From NCBI RefSeq assembly GCF_036321535.1, contig NC_087436.1, positions 69,876,001 to 69,940,000 on the forward strand: a stretch of DNA of 64,000 nucleotides, given 5' to 3'. Each line of letters starts with the position of its first letter. Position 1 is the stretch's first letter. The notes beneath the pieces were generated by a model. The model ran no database searches. It had not been told where the DNA came from and was given only the letters and a program-made list of their open reading frames with translations. A program made the position numbers and the translations under genes. Source of the DNA: Camelus dromedarius (taxonomy: Eukaryota). Below, one piece after another: positions 27,643 to 41,542 of the stretch.

Positions 27643-29068
27643 GGAGAGGTGCCAAGATGGTGGAGTAGAGAGACACACAGCTCACCCTCTCCCACAAATA
27701 CACCAAGAATTACATCTACAAACCCACTGAATTGCACAGAACACCTACTCCACTGGCCCTGCAGGGAGGGAACAGCAAAGGAAGAAAGGCACCCTCTCTA
27801 GCCAAGAGGTCAGCAGGGACAGAAGCAGAGCTTCCGAGGCTCAGAGGAGTAAGCGGCAGCCACTTGGCAGTAGAACTAAGAGAAACTGGCATGGAGGGTC
27901 TCTGTGATCCCCAGCCCTAGATGCAAGCCAGCAGGGACAAGCAGGGACTGGCTACTAGGGATGGGGCATGAGCCCAGGGAGAGGGCTGGGGCCTCCTGCA
28001 CAGAGGTAGCCTTAGGGGACTGGAAGGCTGTGTGAGCTCTGACTGGGGTATGTGTGGAATGGAACACACAGGGACCCCTATAAAAAGGCACCACTGCTGG
28101 TGTGCATGTTAGGGACAGGCACAATGCAGCCAGGCCATAGCCACTTTCTCCGCTTAGCTCCATTGTTGGTGTGTTCTCACGAATAGAGAGGTGGGGCTTG
28201 GTCATAGCCATTGCCCCTGAGCAGAGTCAGGGCTGAAGGGTGAATCCATACCCAGGGGCCCTGCAACTTCACAGGTGGGACTGAGATTTGTTTACAGCTC
28301 CAGGCAGAGAGGATAGATTTGCTACACAAGTGCCTTTGTGAACCTGTGCCTCTGGGACGAACAGGCAGTGAGCAGAGCTCTGGCACACAGTAGGGCCGAG
28401 TAAGGGTATTTCAATAGGTCAGCATATGTGTCCTGTACACAGAGGCAGGGCTGGGGTCTGTGCAGACCCTGGGGCACACCACGGATTCAGGTGTGTGATA
28501 GCACATTCACTAGGGCGGGTCCTAGCACCTGACCTTGGCAGATCTGTGCTGCTGGTTCTGGGGGCCCAGAACCTGGGGGACACCAGAGCGGTGGCTGACA
28601 TTTCAGCAGCTAAAGCAGGGACAAAGGCAGCATCAACAAAGAGTACTCTGTAAGCCCACATGACAAGTGACAACACCACAGAGGGCACCTCCCAGTGGAC
28701 ATCTCCTGCCAACTCTTCTTCCCAGCTGAAGTGCTCAACCCTGCCTACCACACACACACCACAGCTCAGAAACGGGTCTAGAAGCCTCTATTCCAGCAAC
28801 AGGGGAGCAGACCCAGCCCTGTCAAGACTGTGACAACCACAGAACAAAAAAGGAGGCCCTGCTCAACAACAACAATCAGGGCAGACTCTGAACACCACAA
28901 CACCAACCACACCCCCAATCAAAGGGATAGCAGCCAACACCATGGAAGAAACACATGGCAACCATCCATACTAAGAATAATCCTACAACAAAACTATTAG
29001 ACACACAGTGTCTACACAGGAACGCTCCCACTTTAAATAAAAACAAACAAATCAAAAAGCAGCCCTTC
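27643..29068 (+). mobile_element. L1 5'-UTR-only insertion flanked by a target-site duplication
   Basis: Starts GGAGAGGTGCCAAGATGGTGGAGTAG (L1 5'-end-like) and is GC-richer than its flanks; direct repeats GAGAAGTGGTGATGTG (27627-27642) and GAGAAATGGTGATGTG (29069-29084). Confidence 0.65.
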
Positions 29069-30948
29069 GAGAAATGGTGATGTGAAAATAAGGGGCATCA
29101 AATTTTTAAACAAGGGATTAACATGTTAACTGTGCTTTAAAAAGATTATTTTTAAGAAAAAGTAAAAGTTAGATTGGGACGATAGAAGAAGCAAAGGCAG
29201 AGTGATAAGGTGTAGCGGGATCAACAAGAATATTTATCAACATAGTCCAATATTTACTAATGTATTCCATGCACACTATCAACAGAATGATGATAAAATA
29301 AGCACAAGCTTAGCTACGTAGACTGTTTGGCATGAAAATTCTATGTAGAAATCTGAAATCTCTAGTATCAGCCCCAGTCAGTAGCTATTCCCAGCCACGT
29401 TAGCTGATCCTCTTTGATGAGAACAAGCATCTTGTGAGCTGGAATCCTCCCATTTTCTCTCACTGTATAGAATCTTGGATTAGACATAACTTACAACAAA
29501 GTCAGAAAAGGAAAGGAAGTTTATATATATGAACTTGGTCAAAAGCATTATTAATCACCTAAATTTACTCCAGGAAATCGACTAGTTGATACAGATACAA
29601 AAATGCCTAAGACTCTGTCTACAGCTTACTCATTGTAAGAATTAGTCAAAATTTTTCCTAACAGACGTTAAACATGTTTAAAAATATCTTGGCACAGGGG
29701 AAAGAGAAAGCTTGGAGATAAACCTGGGTTAAAATACTGAGTCATGAGACTATGAGCTAGTTATTTTCTCAAGTTTCAGTCTCTTCATGTACAAAATTAC
29801 TTTCTATGTAGACGCACACAGATCTAGAACTGCATCTTGATTTAGATTTTAGGTTACCCTTATTGCAATAAGTTATCCTTAAAAAAATGTTAAGATAAGA
29901 ACAAATTGGAAAAAAAAATAACCAAGGAGACACTGTGTCCAGTGCACTCAGATTCAGCTTTAGGATAAAAAGGCTGGAAATCCTCATCTGATCTTCAATT
30001 CATCACTGGGTGAATGAATGCCAAGAAGTTATATCATTGTTAACAGCTAATTTGAAAGAAAAGCATCACAAGTTTGATTACCCACCAATAAACTTCCAAC
30101 GTGTAAGTACATGATTTTCCATCTTTCTGGTGATGAATGACATTTTCATGAAAAGTAAGACCTAGTGACATCAAAGCAAATGTCAAAAGACTACAATACT
30201 CACATTTTATATTTCTCAATAACTGGCACTTTTCTTCTGAGTAAAGAAATTTCTGTGGTGCATCAACACATCTTCTGTTACAATTTAAAGAATTATTATT
30301 AGCCTAGTGGTAAAGAGCATATTAAGTGTTGTCAAATAGTTCACTATTAATCCTTGTCTTATCTTTATGTCCAGAAAAGGCAAGAAAAGAATGCAATGTT
30401 TGCAGCTGCCCTCCAGCTACTAATACTTAAGTTGAGATAATTTTATAAGCTCTGAAAATTAACTTTCAGGAATGAAGTACTTTATCTTAAAAAGTTAATA
30501 ATGAATACAAAAGAAGCCACCATCATCTAATACTTCTTACTAGTTCAGAATCCACAATAGCACACAGTAGTAGGGCAAATACTGTAAATAACAGAATTAA
30601 TTACGAGAACATTCATTAGACCTAGGGTTTGTCAAGTTTCAATAATTATTGCTTTGTTAGTAAAATGTCAAGTTATTTAAGAAAACATCCAAAAATAAAG
30701 GAAAGAAGTTGACTCAAAATACTATTTTAAAATTATAAAGAACAAGCCTTCACTTTTTCTGATGCATAATTAGCCATGATGTTTTCTCAGGAAAACTGAA
30801 AAGGACAAATGTCAACTTTTGAAGATCATAACACTCCTTTTCTGCTTTGGGAAATAGTTTGGATTAGCCCAGAAGCAATTGCTAAAATAATAATACTACT
30901 TTGCTTAGCAATAAGAACAAAATAGAAAGGATAAAGGAGAGAAAATCC

Positions 30949-31051
30949 TTTATAAGTCATGAATCACTTGTACTCTTTCTCTGAGCTTCCAGACTTCAGA
31001 AGCTAAGGCAAAGCTGACATTCCTGACAACCAGAGAGGATCCTTTATTACT
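30949..31051 (+). promoter_or_regulatory. Candidate TATA box and non-coding first exon of the SCPP pseudogene
   Basis: TTTATAAG at 30949-30956 followed by a short exon-like stretch ending at a weak donor gtaaca (31052); arrangement parallels 48622-48739. Confidence 0.35.
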
Positions 31052-34000
31052 GTAACATTTTTTGAATTTCAAAAACTTAAACCTGTTTTTTCTAGACTTT
31101 GATTATATACAGTTTCTAATGAGTGTAATTATTATGAGATCTCAAACTCTTTTATTTCAAAGAGTTCTAATATAATGAATTTGATAGGAAATATAGAGAA
31201 AGAAAAGGAAATGCTTTAACAAATTCATCAAACTGTAAGTTCTATTCACTTTAATTAGTAAAATGTTAATTTCAGTAAGCCTGATAATAATATAAATAGC
31301 TTGTCCTCTGCAATCCCAAATAATTTGAAAGTTGCCCTTTTTAGACATGACTCAGTATTGTAGTTTTGCACCCATAAAAGTGAAAATGTTTTCAGTGGCA
31401 GAAACATCTATATATTTTACTAAATTACAAGAGAAATCATTGGGCTTGATTTTTTTTAATTAATTGAATGTTTCTGTTCTGTTATCTCTTTTATTACAAA
31501 GGAAAGGACATATAAACATCTAAATGTGTCTTATCTTTTACTTGAGATTGTGACTGTTTACATGATGGAGATACACTTTTTTGGTTTTCTTACAGTATTA
31601 GAATGTGACAATTTCATCAAATAAATTAATGACTTTACTTTAGAATTAGAAAAATGAGCCTCAGATAGGTTAAGTAATGTGACCACGGTTTGACAAATGA
31701 AGCTCAACTCTTAGGAATATTGATCCAGTGGTCTTTCCCCTAAAATCACAAGGAGATGCCCTAATGAATAAAGCCATTGTTAAAAGATAATAATTCTCCA
31801 TCAGTTACATTGTGGCTATCATGTTTTTAATGTTGTAACTTAAAGATTAGAAAAGCAGTCACATTTGAAGCTGAGATTTTGTAATCATAAGTAATTAGCC
31901 ATTAATTCCTCTACTTAGCGATTTTTCTTTGGGAGAGGAATTAAGTAAGTGAATGGTAAACCCCCCAAAAAACTGATTCATTACTGAAGTATGACATATG
32001 AATGCAAAATTATGAAAAGGGGTAATTTTATAACAGCCCTCAAAGAACTGCAATTGGAGAGATTTAGGTTCTCATTTGTTTGCTTTTCTATTGGCCGAGA
32101 GAATATAGCAATAATGATGATATCAAAACAGAAATGTCAAATCTCTAAAAGTTTCTTGCAGATAATAATAATGATACTGATGATAAGATTATATAAATAT
32201 TTCATATTTTTTACTATACACATTTTTAAGTTGTAAGTTAACTTAAAATTTTCTGTCTAGTGTCTTAGTATGCAAGGTCAAAATCAAAGCCAGAAGAGCA
32301 TTTTAATGGCAATTTCTCAATTTCTTTTGTGTGTTTAAATTATAAAATGGACAAAACATCATAATTTTTTAATAACAAAAAGTCTGCATATGAATTAAAC
32401 CATTATACCACATATTTTAATTTTTGCTTTTATTTTCCTGTCCTTATCCACTTGGATAATTTACATACAGTATGGTATTTAAATTTTTCACTTATCATTA
32501 AAACATAAGCATTTTTCGAGTTTTTACAAAGTCTTCATGATTATCAGTATCCATTATTTTTTAATTATAACTAACACTAGAGTGAACATTTAAAATTTTT
32601 TTCTATTAGTTAATTTATCAAGAATAATCCTCAAGACTGAGATTCTTTAAAAGTATAAACATTTTCATGTTTCTTTTGCATATTGCAGTCCTGCTTTTCA
32701 AAAAAAAAATTATCTTGATGAATAGAACCACTGGCTGCATGCAAGGATATCAACCTCACCACAATCTTGACTATGTTTTTGTTTTACTTTCTTAAATAAC
32801 TCCTTAGTAATTGTAAAACAGTAGGTCAAAAGAAAGTTCTATATGTTTTCTTGACAACGAAACAAGGTCTTTTGTCTACATTTTTGGTCTACATTTTTAT
32901 CTACTGTTCATTTTGTTATTGGAATTCATTATTCTTAACCTTTGCATCTATCTGTTGTACTCAATATTTTTCTTATATAAATTTCATAAGTTCTTATTAC
33001 ACCATAGGTACAATATATGCCATGGATGTGCCATAGCATGCATAAATGTTTTTCCTTTGGTTAAAATTTAGCAAAAACAAATTGGTATTTCTTTGATTTC
33101 CCCCCCAACCAATGAAGCATCTTTGCTGTCTATTTCTAGAAGACCCTAAGACAAGACAAAGGCTCTGATTTTGATTGCTGTCATCTTAACTTTCATTGCT
33201 TGCTTCTCAGTAAATATCAAATACCTTCACATATATTTATTTTCTCACTTGGTTCTCAGTCATAGAGTGTACATTCAGTTCACTGTTTTACGTCAACATA
33301 GATTTATAGTACACAGACCTTATTTTAATTTTATTTTTGCCTGAGACTTTAACTGAACTTTCTCTGTGATCTTGTGTTGACCTTGGGATACAATCAATAT
33401 TTTTCTTTTTTTTTTTCTACATATTGGTAGTCTTTAGAATTCCCAACATGTGTATGTAGCACACTGTAGTGTCATGATTTTAAATTGTGTACTGTGATTC
33501 TACTTCTGTAGTATCATTCCTGGATAACATTTAGTCTTTGTAGTTTCCTCAAAAAGAAAGAAAGATGTGTGAAAAAGAGAACCGATTTTAAGGGACACCA
33601 TAAAATAAATCTGCAACCTTATCAAAGATTTCATATCAGTCAAGTAAATTAAGAAATTTTAGACATGATAAATAATCTTCTATTAAGAGCACATGCTTGG
33701 TATCCTCACATTTTTAGGTCTGTTTACATAACGTTGCACCTAAATTACATTATCTAAAAGGTGAAGGGGACCTTGTCTAAGGCTTTGTGCTGCAAACAAA
33801 ATCCAGTATCATTTCAGAAGCAATAAATATCTTATGGGCACTGCTAACTATGGGAACTGGCTCTTCCAATCTTGTCCCATGCTAAAATGCAGCAGAGAGG
33901 ATTTTCCATCCAGTGAGAAACCTTATTCCAGAGTTCTTTGGATCACACATTTTTCTCTCCCACAAAAGACAGGCTGGTTTTTCCCTGCACCAAATCCACA

Positions 34001-35713
34001 AAGACATGGTTACATAATAGTCCCCAGGTTTGGCACCTGAGTGAATGACAGTTATTTTGATAAACGAAGCCAAAACTAGCACTACCTGGAGACTGGAGAC
34101 TGGTTGGCAACACACCCATGAGACTGTGGAAGGAGAGGAAGTCTTCTGCTTAAAGACCTCCAGAAAATCTGATCATCCTTAGCCCATGAACTGTGTACTC
34201 TGAATTGTTAGCAGGTCCCTCTTGTTTAATGATTACACCCAAAATTCTAAAATTGTATCCTATTCTATTGACTCTAACCCAGCCACGTTTTACCCTCATA
34301 AGTAATTTATAATCAGTATCCTAAAAATGTCATATATGTTCTGGGTCTAATTTTTAAATATATTTTAATCTCCGTCTCATTTTAGTCAACTGATGCACGA
34401 AAGCGAAAACTCCACAGAGAAATTAAGTTTTATTTATATTTCTGGTTATCATGTTACATTTTCATTCATAATCAAAGTCAGTTATGACTGAGGAGTTGGT
34501 AAGGTACATATATTTTCTTTGATTCCCAACCTAAGAAAATGTTAAGAGAGCCAGAGTCACCTAATTACCAAAGGCTAGGGACGCAATGGGAGTAGGTCTG
34601 AGCACCAAAACCAGCCTCCAGTTGCTTGACTTTAGGTATGCATTCACCTACAATGGGAGTAGGACAGCTTAGCTGAAAAGTAAAGTTCGTCCAGCCTTCA
34701 GTACCAAAAACTATCTGCATTTGTTTATTCAATGTAAATTTTCCCTCCTCATAAATATTGATGTCTTTTTAATATGGAACCTTCTTATAATCCTACAAAA
34801 AAGTAAAAGCTAGTTCCTTTTCTCAAAAATCAATGGTTTTGAACCGAAAAGGAAAGAAAATTCAGAATCATATGGAAAGACTTTTCAGAATGACAGATCC
34901 CTGTTTCCACCCTCTGACATTTCTAATTCTCATAACCCCGACTCCATGTCAGAATAGGGGTGGGCTGCACAGTAGGCTGTGTTATCTGAAAATATCTGTC
35001 ACATCATCCTGTTACATCCCCCTGCTCTCTTTTTTTCCCCCATTCCAAGACAAGTGTTCTAAATGAATCCTTAAAAACAAACAAACAAAAAGTTATCCTG
35101 CTTCTAATGCTATGGAATAGACATTGTCCAGGTTTAGTGATCCAAATTGTGCTGATACTTACAAAAAAAAATTTCAAACCTACCTTGAAAATTTATCACA
35201 GTTTTGGCAATTTATTTCACCTAAAAGTCAGGTATTTGACTATTTCTCAGAATTTATTCAGAACTAATGTTTCATGAAGAGGCAGGAGGTGTGTCATAGT
35301 TAGAATCCCAAGGATTAATTTCTGCCAGTGAAGACAAAGGAAGAGACAAGGGCCTAAATTGAAATCCTAAGGGAACACTATATTAAAAGTCCATGTACCT
35401 AAAGCGAATTAAAATTGCCCATGACTTTGCTGCAATGAGGCTATCACTGAGTAGATGTACACTGGCTGAGCTAAGACACTTCTAGTTCTTAGTGTGTGTG
35501 ATTCTGTGCAATTGTCAGCTACATGGATTCATGGAACGCTCTATCAGTCTGGTGTTAGGGGTCTAGGAAAAGAGCAATGCAAAGCTCCTATAATCTCCTT
35601 TTATTCTCTTTATTCAGAGCAGTAAAATGCATTATGCTATTTTTCAAGATAGAAATTGTAGCATGTCCCAAAAGGTTCTCCATGAAACACTAAAACACTA
35701 GAATGAAGACATG

Positions 35714-35715
<2 letters not shown>

Positions 35716-35749
<34 letters not shown>

Positions 35750-35762
35750 ATTCACACACACA
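35716..35762. repeat. (CA)n microsatellite
   Basis: Direct observation. Confidence 0.9.
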
Positions 35763-36807
35763 ATATTTCCATGGTGAAGCAAGTTCGGAAAATACTACAT
35801 ATCCCTTGGATAGGCTAAATCTTCATTGGCATATTACATTAACAATTCCAATAAGCTTTCTAGTAAAGAAATGTCCTTTACTTTACCAAAATGTTTTCCA
35901 TAGTCGTTTGACTACCAAAATCTTTTCAATGCAATGCCTACTATGGAACACATTTTGGGAAAATTTGTAGTAAAACTATTAGGCCTTGAGAATAGCAGAA
36001 ATATAGTTTACTTGATACACCAAAGATCATAATTCTGTCTACTTGGTAGGCACACCAATCAAATTACTTATGGAATGAAGTTAGAATATTTACACAAATT
36101 TAAGTGACAACATAGATACATATTGAAACCTGATTTCAAGCTAATTTATGCATCTAATCTGCATAAAAAAATTTTTTTTTGTATTCTCTTAAGTCTAGTG
36201 AAAGTTCTGAAGAGCATTTTAAACCATTTAAGCAAACACGTCTTTATGAGTCAAGACAGCGTTCTGCAAAATTTGGATAAGCTTCTGCAGATCCACATGG
36301 TTACCATGTCGTCAAGAATCCCCCATAGGCCATTATCCCTGCCATCCCCTTTTTCCCCACCGCCCACATGGTCCATCACCACACAGACCTACTTCACCAC
36401 CTGAGAATGTTGTAAACCCCAATTCTCAAGCACCACCAGCCAATTCCAGTGCTCCTCCATCTGCACTACCACTGCTGCTGCCATTGCTTCTGCTGCCTCC
36501 ACCAGTGAAACTACAAGCATTGCATCCAGCACCATGGCTCCCAGCACCCTCCAACCTGAGGCCACCACCAATGCCCAGCAGCATTCACCACAGCTGCCAA
36601 TCAGCAACAACCGCTTCCATAAATTCTACAACTTCTACGCTTACAAATGCATCAAGTCACAAGAAGACAAAGGCAAAACCAAGATAAACAACACTTTCCA
36701 AAGTATTTTCTAACCAAATGAATGACTTTAAGATGTGTCTAAGACCAGGTATTTTTTTGCCACATCAAAAAGAAAGATAAACAGATAGCTTCTAAATCTG
36801 CCATATG

Positions 36808-37446
36808 CTCCTGGGAATATATCCAGAAGGAACCCTACTTCAAAAAGACACCTGCACCCCAATGTTCATAGCAGCACTATTTACAATAGCCAAGACATGG
36901 AAACAGCCTAAATGTCCATCAACAGATGACTGGATAAAGAAGAGGTGGTATATTTATACAATGGAATACTATTCGGCCATAAAAAATGACAACATAACGC
37001 CATTTGCAGCAACATGGATGTCCCTGGAGAATGTCATTCTAAGTGAAGCAAGCAAGAAAGAGAAAGAAAAATACCATGTGAGATCACTCATATGTGGAAT
37101 TTAAAAAAAAAAGAACATAAATACTAAACAGAAACAGACTCACAGACATAGAATACAAACTTGTGGCTGCCAAGGGGGTGGGGGGTGGGAAGGATAGACT
37201 GGGATGTCAAAATTTATAGATACTGACAGGCACATATAGAATAGATAAACAAGACTATACTGTATAGAACAGGGAAATATATACAAGATCTTGTGGTAGC
37301 CCATGGTGAAAAAAAAAAAGTGACAATGAATATATGTATGTTCATGTATAACTGAAAAATTGTGCTCTACACTGGAATTTGCCACAACACTGTAAAATGA
37401 CTATAACTCAATTAAAAAAAGGAATTATAAAAAATAAATAAATAAA
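36808..37446 (+). mobile_element. 5'-truncated young L1 (ORF2 C-terminus, 3'UTR and A-rich tail)
   Basis: Translates to LLGIYP...[23 protein letters not shown] (L1 ORF2p C-terminus); perfect 15-bp TSD TAAATCTGCCATATG at 36793-36807 and 37447-37461. Confidence 0.95.
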
Positions 37447-39963
37447 TAAATCTGCCATATGGATTAAAAGCTCTTATTCTCTTTTAATTAAAAAATTAAA
37501 TTTGGTCTCCTTGGGCAGATAGGTTATATCTATAAACCCAATGCTAGCAGATCCCTACTAAAAGAAAGAAACAAAAGATTCACCAAATGTGTATGTATTT
37601 TGACCCTCTCCTCTCAATGCTGAAATGTGTTTTATTTTCCTGAAAAAAAAATCACTTTTAATTAGGGCTTTAGTAAACAAAAGTTAGTTTATACTTCAAA
37701 GTTTACTAAATTGTACAAATATACATTTGACATTGGGGGATTGCACCCCTCACTCTTTCAGGATCTATCAGCTCTAATAAGGCAAAAAAGATGAAATATT
37801 TTAGTAAATATTATGATTAGCCTCAAGAATAGAAATATAAACTAAATCACAACCCACAGAAGAGCTCTCTTGCTATAACCATTGACTGAAACACACGCAT
37901 CATGATATAAAATGATTCTTAAGAAGGAATTTTAAAGAATAGGAAAGTATCATATATTACTCCTGTTTCTGAATATTGGCACTTCTAATTATGAATATAA
38001 ATTGGAATTACCCCAAATATATATTATAAAAATCACAATGATAAATGCCAATTGTAGAACACAGAATAATTCTGATGTTACTGCATTAAATACTCCTTGT
38101 ACTAAACCTCATTTAATATTCATAGCATCCCTGTAAAGATAGATAACGTTGTCTCCTTTTTAAAGATGAGGCTATGAGAATTTTTGTGACTTTCCAAAGA
38201 TCTCAAATATAAACAGTAGGCCAGTTTGCAAATTTGCATCTATTTAACTCCATGGTCCCAGGTTTTAATGCCAGACCCACCATTAGGCTATTTTAAAACA
38301 ACAGAAGGAAGAGCTTGTGTACTTTTAATTAATGGCTTGTGGTATTTTGTCTTGTTTTGTTTTTATAGATCCTGAAAAATGGAATACTGATATATTTGTG
38401 ATCACCTTCTCTCATCATTTTGGTTTTAACAAAAATATAGAAAAAGATATAAAAATATAGGGATGTGGGTTCTTATTGCTTCTTTAGTTTTGCCTACTTT
38501 AAAACCTTTCAAAGATAACTTGATTTATCTTTTTGAACACATGTGTATTGGTCTCTTCTTTACTTCTCTGTAGAGTGCCACCAGTATTACCAGCACCTTC
38601 CCTCTTTCAGATGTTTCTATAACACACAAAGTATGTGTCCAGAAAAAAAAAATGTAAACACTTCATAAGCAAAAAATAAATTTTGAAGTCACCCTGTATA
38701 ACATCATGTTAAACTATTATAAAGCTCAGAAATTACTTTTTAATGTAAAATATCAGTGAACTTATTCATAACCAAATAACTACATATGTATAATTCATAT
38801 AAAATGTAATTTTATACATACAAATGTATGTACATGAAATTTTAACAATGATAAAAGCTACAAAGAAGTGCAAATATAATCCTACCCTCTAAGACGTAAT
38901 GTCAGTAGGACGTATTTTCAAAAAGCATAGAAGGAATAAATAAGTTAAATTTTTACAGATTTATATAATCTTTTCCCAAATATCTCCAACACTATTCCTT
39001 CATTAAAAGAGGTATTTTCTCCAGAGATTGTTCAACTGAAATTTTGTACAATTCCATGAATCATTTCATCTGAAAATATATTAGATCAATTTCTAGTTGA
39101 TAAATCATTCAACTGATCCAGTAAAAAATTTACCTAGATCAACGGCAGGAAACAGAAGAATACAAATACAAGTAACACAATCACTCAAAGGTTCAGGTGG
39201 CAAAGACAAACAAGGTAGTTCACTCCAAATAACTGCATCAGGAATCTATAGCAAATATTACATGCAAAGGCACAAACAATAATGAGCAAGCAGGGGAGGA
39301 GATATCTATTCCCCTTTAGGGAGAGCAAACATTTATGGAAAAACTATAAAGGACAAACTATTATGGAAGAAACAGATAATCACCAAATCTTGGTATCAAA
39401 GGGTTGAAAGTGAATTCAATAGCTAAGGGGACAAAACCTAGTCCTGAAGATACAGGAAGTAAAGTTCAACTAACTAACTTTGGCCCTAACTATGATTAAG
39501 GCCATAAAAAAATGATCCCCAGAATGTAGTATGAAATTTCAGTAAGAAGATTAAAAAGAAAAGTTTCCTAGCAGACATGAAAAAGAAAGGAATGATTTCA
39601 ACAGGCAGAAAAAAGGCAGGAGGCCCACTGCTGGATAAAAACACAGCAAGTGCATGGAGTTAAGAGAGCGAGTGGAATTCACACTCACACCCTCCAAACA
39701 CTTATTATGTGTACACAACATCCCAGGACTGCGATTCTGGAAATATAAAGATAGATAAAATATACATCACACTGTCAAGTCGCTCCTAATCCCATGAACT
39801 AGAAGTCAGCCATGAACAGAAGACATAATTACAAAAATGGATATCACAACAGGAAGTGATAATCATATTATCAAGGACCAGGATTAGGAGTTTGGCTTAA
39901 TTCCATAGAAAAGGGAAAATCAATGAAGGTTTCACCACAGAACATTATTATAAAAAATATGCC

Positions 39964-40085
39964 GGGGGAGGGTATAGCTCAGTGGTAGAGTGCATGCTTA
40001 CCATGCATGAGGTCCTAGGTTCAATCCCCAGTACTGCCATTAATAAATAAACAAACAAACCTAATTACCTCCACCCCTTAAAAAA
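39964..40085 (+). mobile_element. tRNA-derived SINE (camelid Vic-1-like)
   Basis: GGGGAGGGTATAGCTCAGTGGTAGAG (A box) ... GGTTCAATCCCC (B box), tail AAATAAA...AACCTAATTACCTCC; near-identical copy at 46000. Confidence 0.85.
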
Positions 40086-40099
40086 TACAGCATTTGTAA

Positions 40100-40103
<4 letters not shown>

Positions 40104-40151
<48 letters not shown>
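40104..40151. repeat. (TA)n(CA)n microsatellite
   Basis: Direct observation. Confidence 0.9.
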
Positions 40152-40152
<1 letters not shown>

Positions 40153-41500
40153 CTTATAAATAATAAAAAAATTTGATTTCTTACATGTGCCAAATTCTGT
40201 CTTAAGTGCTTGACGTATAACTGTTTAATACTCACTATAACCCTATAAAATAATTCCTATTATTACTGACACTCTAGAGAAAGGGAACCAGAGACACACA
40301 GAGATGAATCAACAATCAAGGACATGTACTAGGTAAATAAAGAGTGGGCACTCAGAACTGGCTAGCGTAGTCACCACGCTCTTCACTTCTCCCACCAAAA
40401 GTGCCTAGGGCACTAGAATGGAGAAACAAATTTAGAATTTACTGGGATGGCCCAGTCAGCTTTGTGTTTTGCTTATCCTGGAGCTTTATAAGAAAAATTT
40501 TCTTTCAACCTGGAGCACACAAACTCCATATTAGCCTAATCCATGTTGTCTTTATCATTAGCACATTTTCAAAACACAAGTTCTCCTGTATATTTATTAC
40601 TGTATAATTTTTAAAAGAGAAGAAGAGTTAGGAGGAAGAGAGAGGAATATGAAGGGGAGTGGTATGGAGTGGAACTTGAGAAAGAAAAGCAGGAGGGGTG
40701 GGGGGGTTGGGGGAGATAAAGGTAGAATCATGAGGGAAACCCATACCTAGACCAGAAGAAAGAAAAGCCAGGAAAGTAGATAGAAAAGGAGCAATCAGAG
40801 GTGAGAGAACTAAGAAATTTTTCAAAAAAGCCAAAAGGAAAAAAAGGTTAAGAAAGAATGTTCAAACACTTTTATAAAGAGAGGGAAGAAAAAAGAAGGA
40901 AAAAAGAGAAATACAAAGAGCACATGAACAACAAAATGTTTGGAAATAAGTATCTTAACATGGTCCAAATTATAGAAAAAAAGTTAAGGGTTGAAAAGTG
41001 TCCAAGCAGCAAAACTTGTTTTATATTAAAAAAGAAACAAACTAATGGCTTGAAAAGGCAATGCAATCAAGAGCATAATTTTGTATTAGGAAAGATGAAG
41101 GAGGAATTATATCCAGTTGAAAATGAGAAATTGACTGTTTAACTTTTTAAAAGGTGATAATTAATACAACTGCATCCTGCAGAAAGCACAAGGAATTAGA
41201 TTTTCAAAGATGAAGATCACTTCTTAATAAGAAATAAATGTACCCTCTCAAATGGGAGCTATTGATTCTTCGCCTCTCAATCGCAGGGAAGTAGGTGGAT
41301 TTGTCACTCTCTTGTCTGCTGCTTCCCGACTGTAGATGGTAGTGTAGTCATTCACTTCTACCTCCTTGAAAAAGAGGATTTTACATTTCCAATAGTTGCC
41401 ATAAGGTTTGCCAGGTATCCCTCCCTTTATGTAGATTATAGCTCCATAGCTCATCGTCAGGCTTGGCTCAAGTCACAATCAGCAAATTGAAAGTAGGAAT

Positions 41501-41504
<4 letters not shown>

Positions 41505-41538
<34 letters not shown>
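41505..41538. repeat. (CT)n microsatellite
   Basis: Direct observation. Confidence 0.9.

Positions 41539-41542
<4 letters not shown>

Larger units (their letters stand above)
33140..37468 (+). pseudogene. SCPP-family (MUC7/SMR3-like) salivary mucin pseudogene
   Basis: Exon 33140-33209 carries 18 codons (ACA)KALILIAVILTFIACFS|gtaaat with the ATG lost. The exon from 36194 reads SSESSEEHFKPFKQTRLYESRQRSAKFG* (TAA 36278-36280), then frameshifted Pro-rich and Thr/Ala/Ser-rich sequence to about 36710; ATTAAA at 37463-37468. Confidence 0.75.

Noticed and set aside
27732..28757. GC-rich ORFs on both strands
   Set aside because: They lie within the L1 5'UTR-like insertion; chance ORFs in GC-richer sequence.
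36805..37104. 99-aa ORF (and 61723-62226, 167 aa)
   Set aside because: L1 ORF2p fragments, not host genes.
39964..40040. tRNA-like sequence (also at 46000-46078)
   Set aside because: SINE head with A-rich tail, plus a TSD for the second copy; not a tRNA gene.
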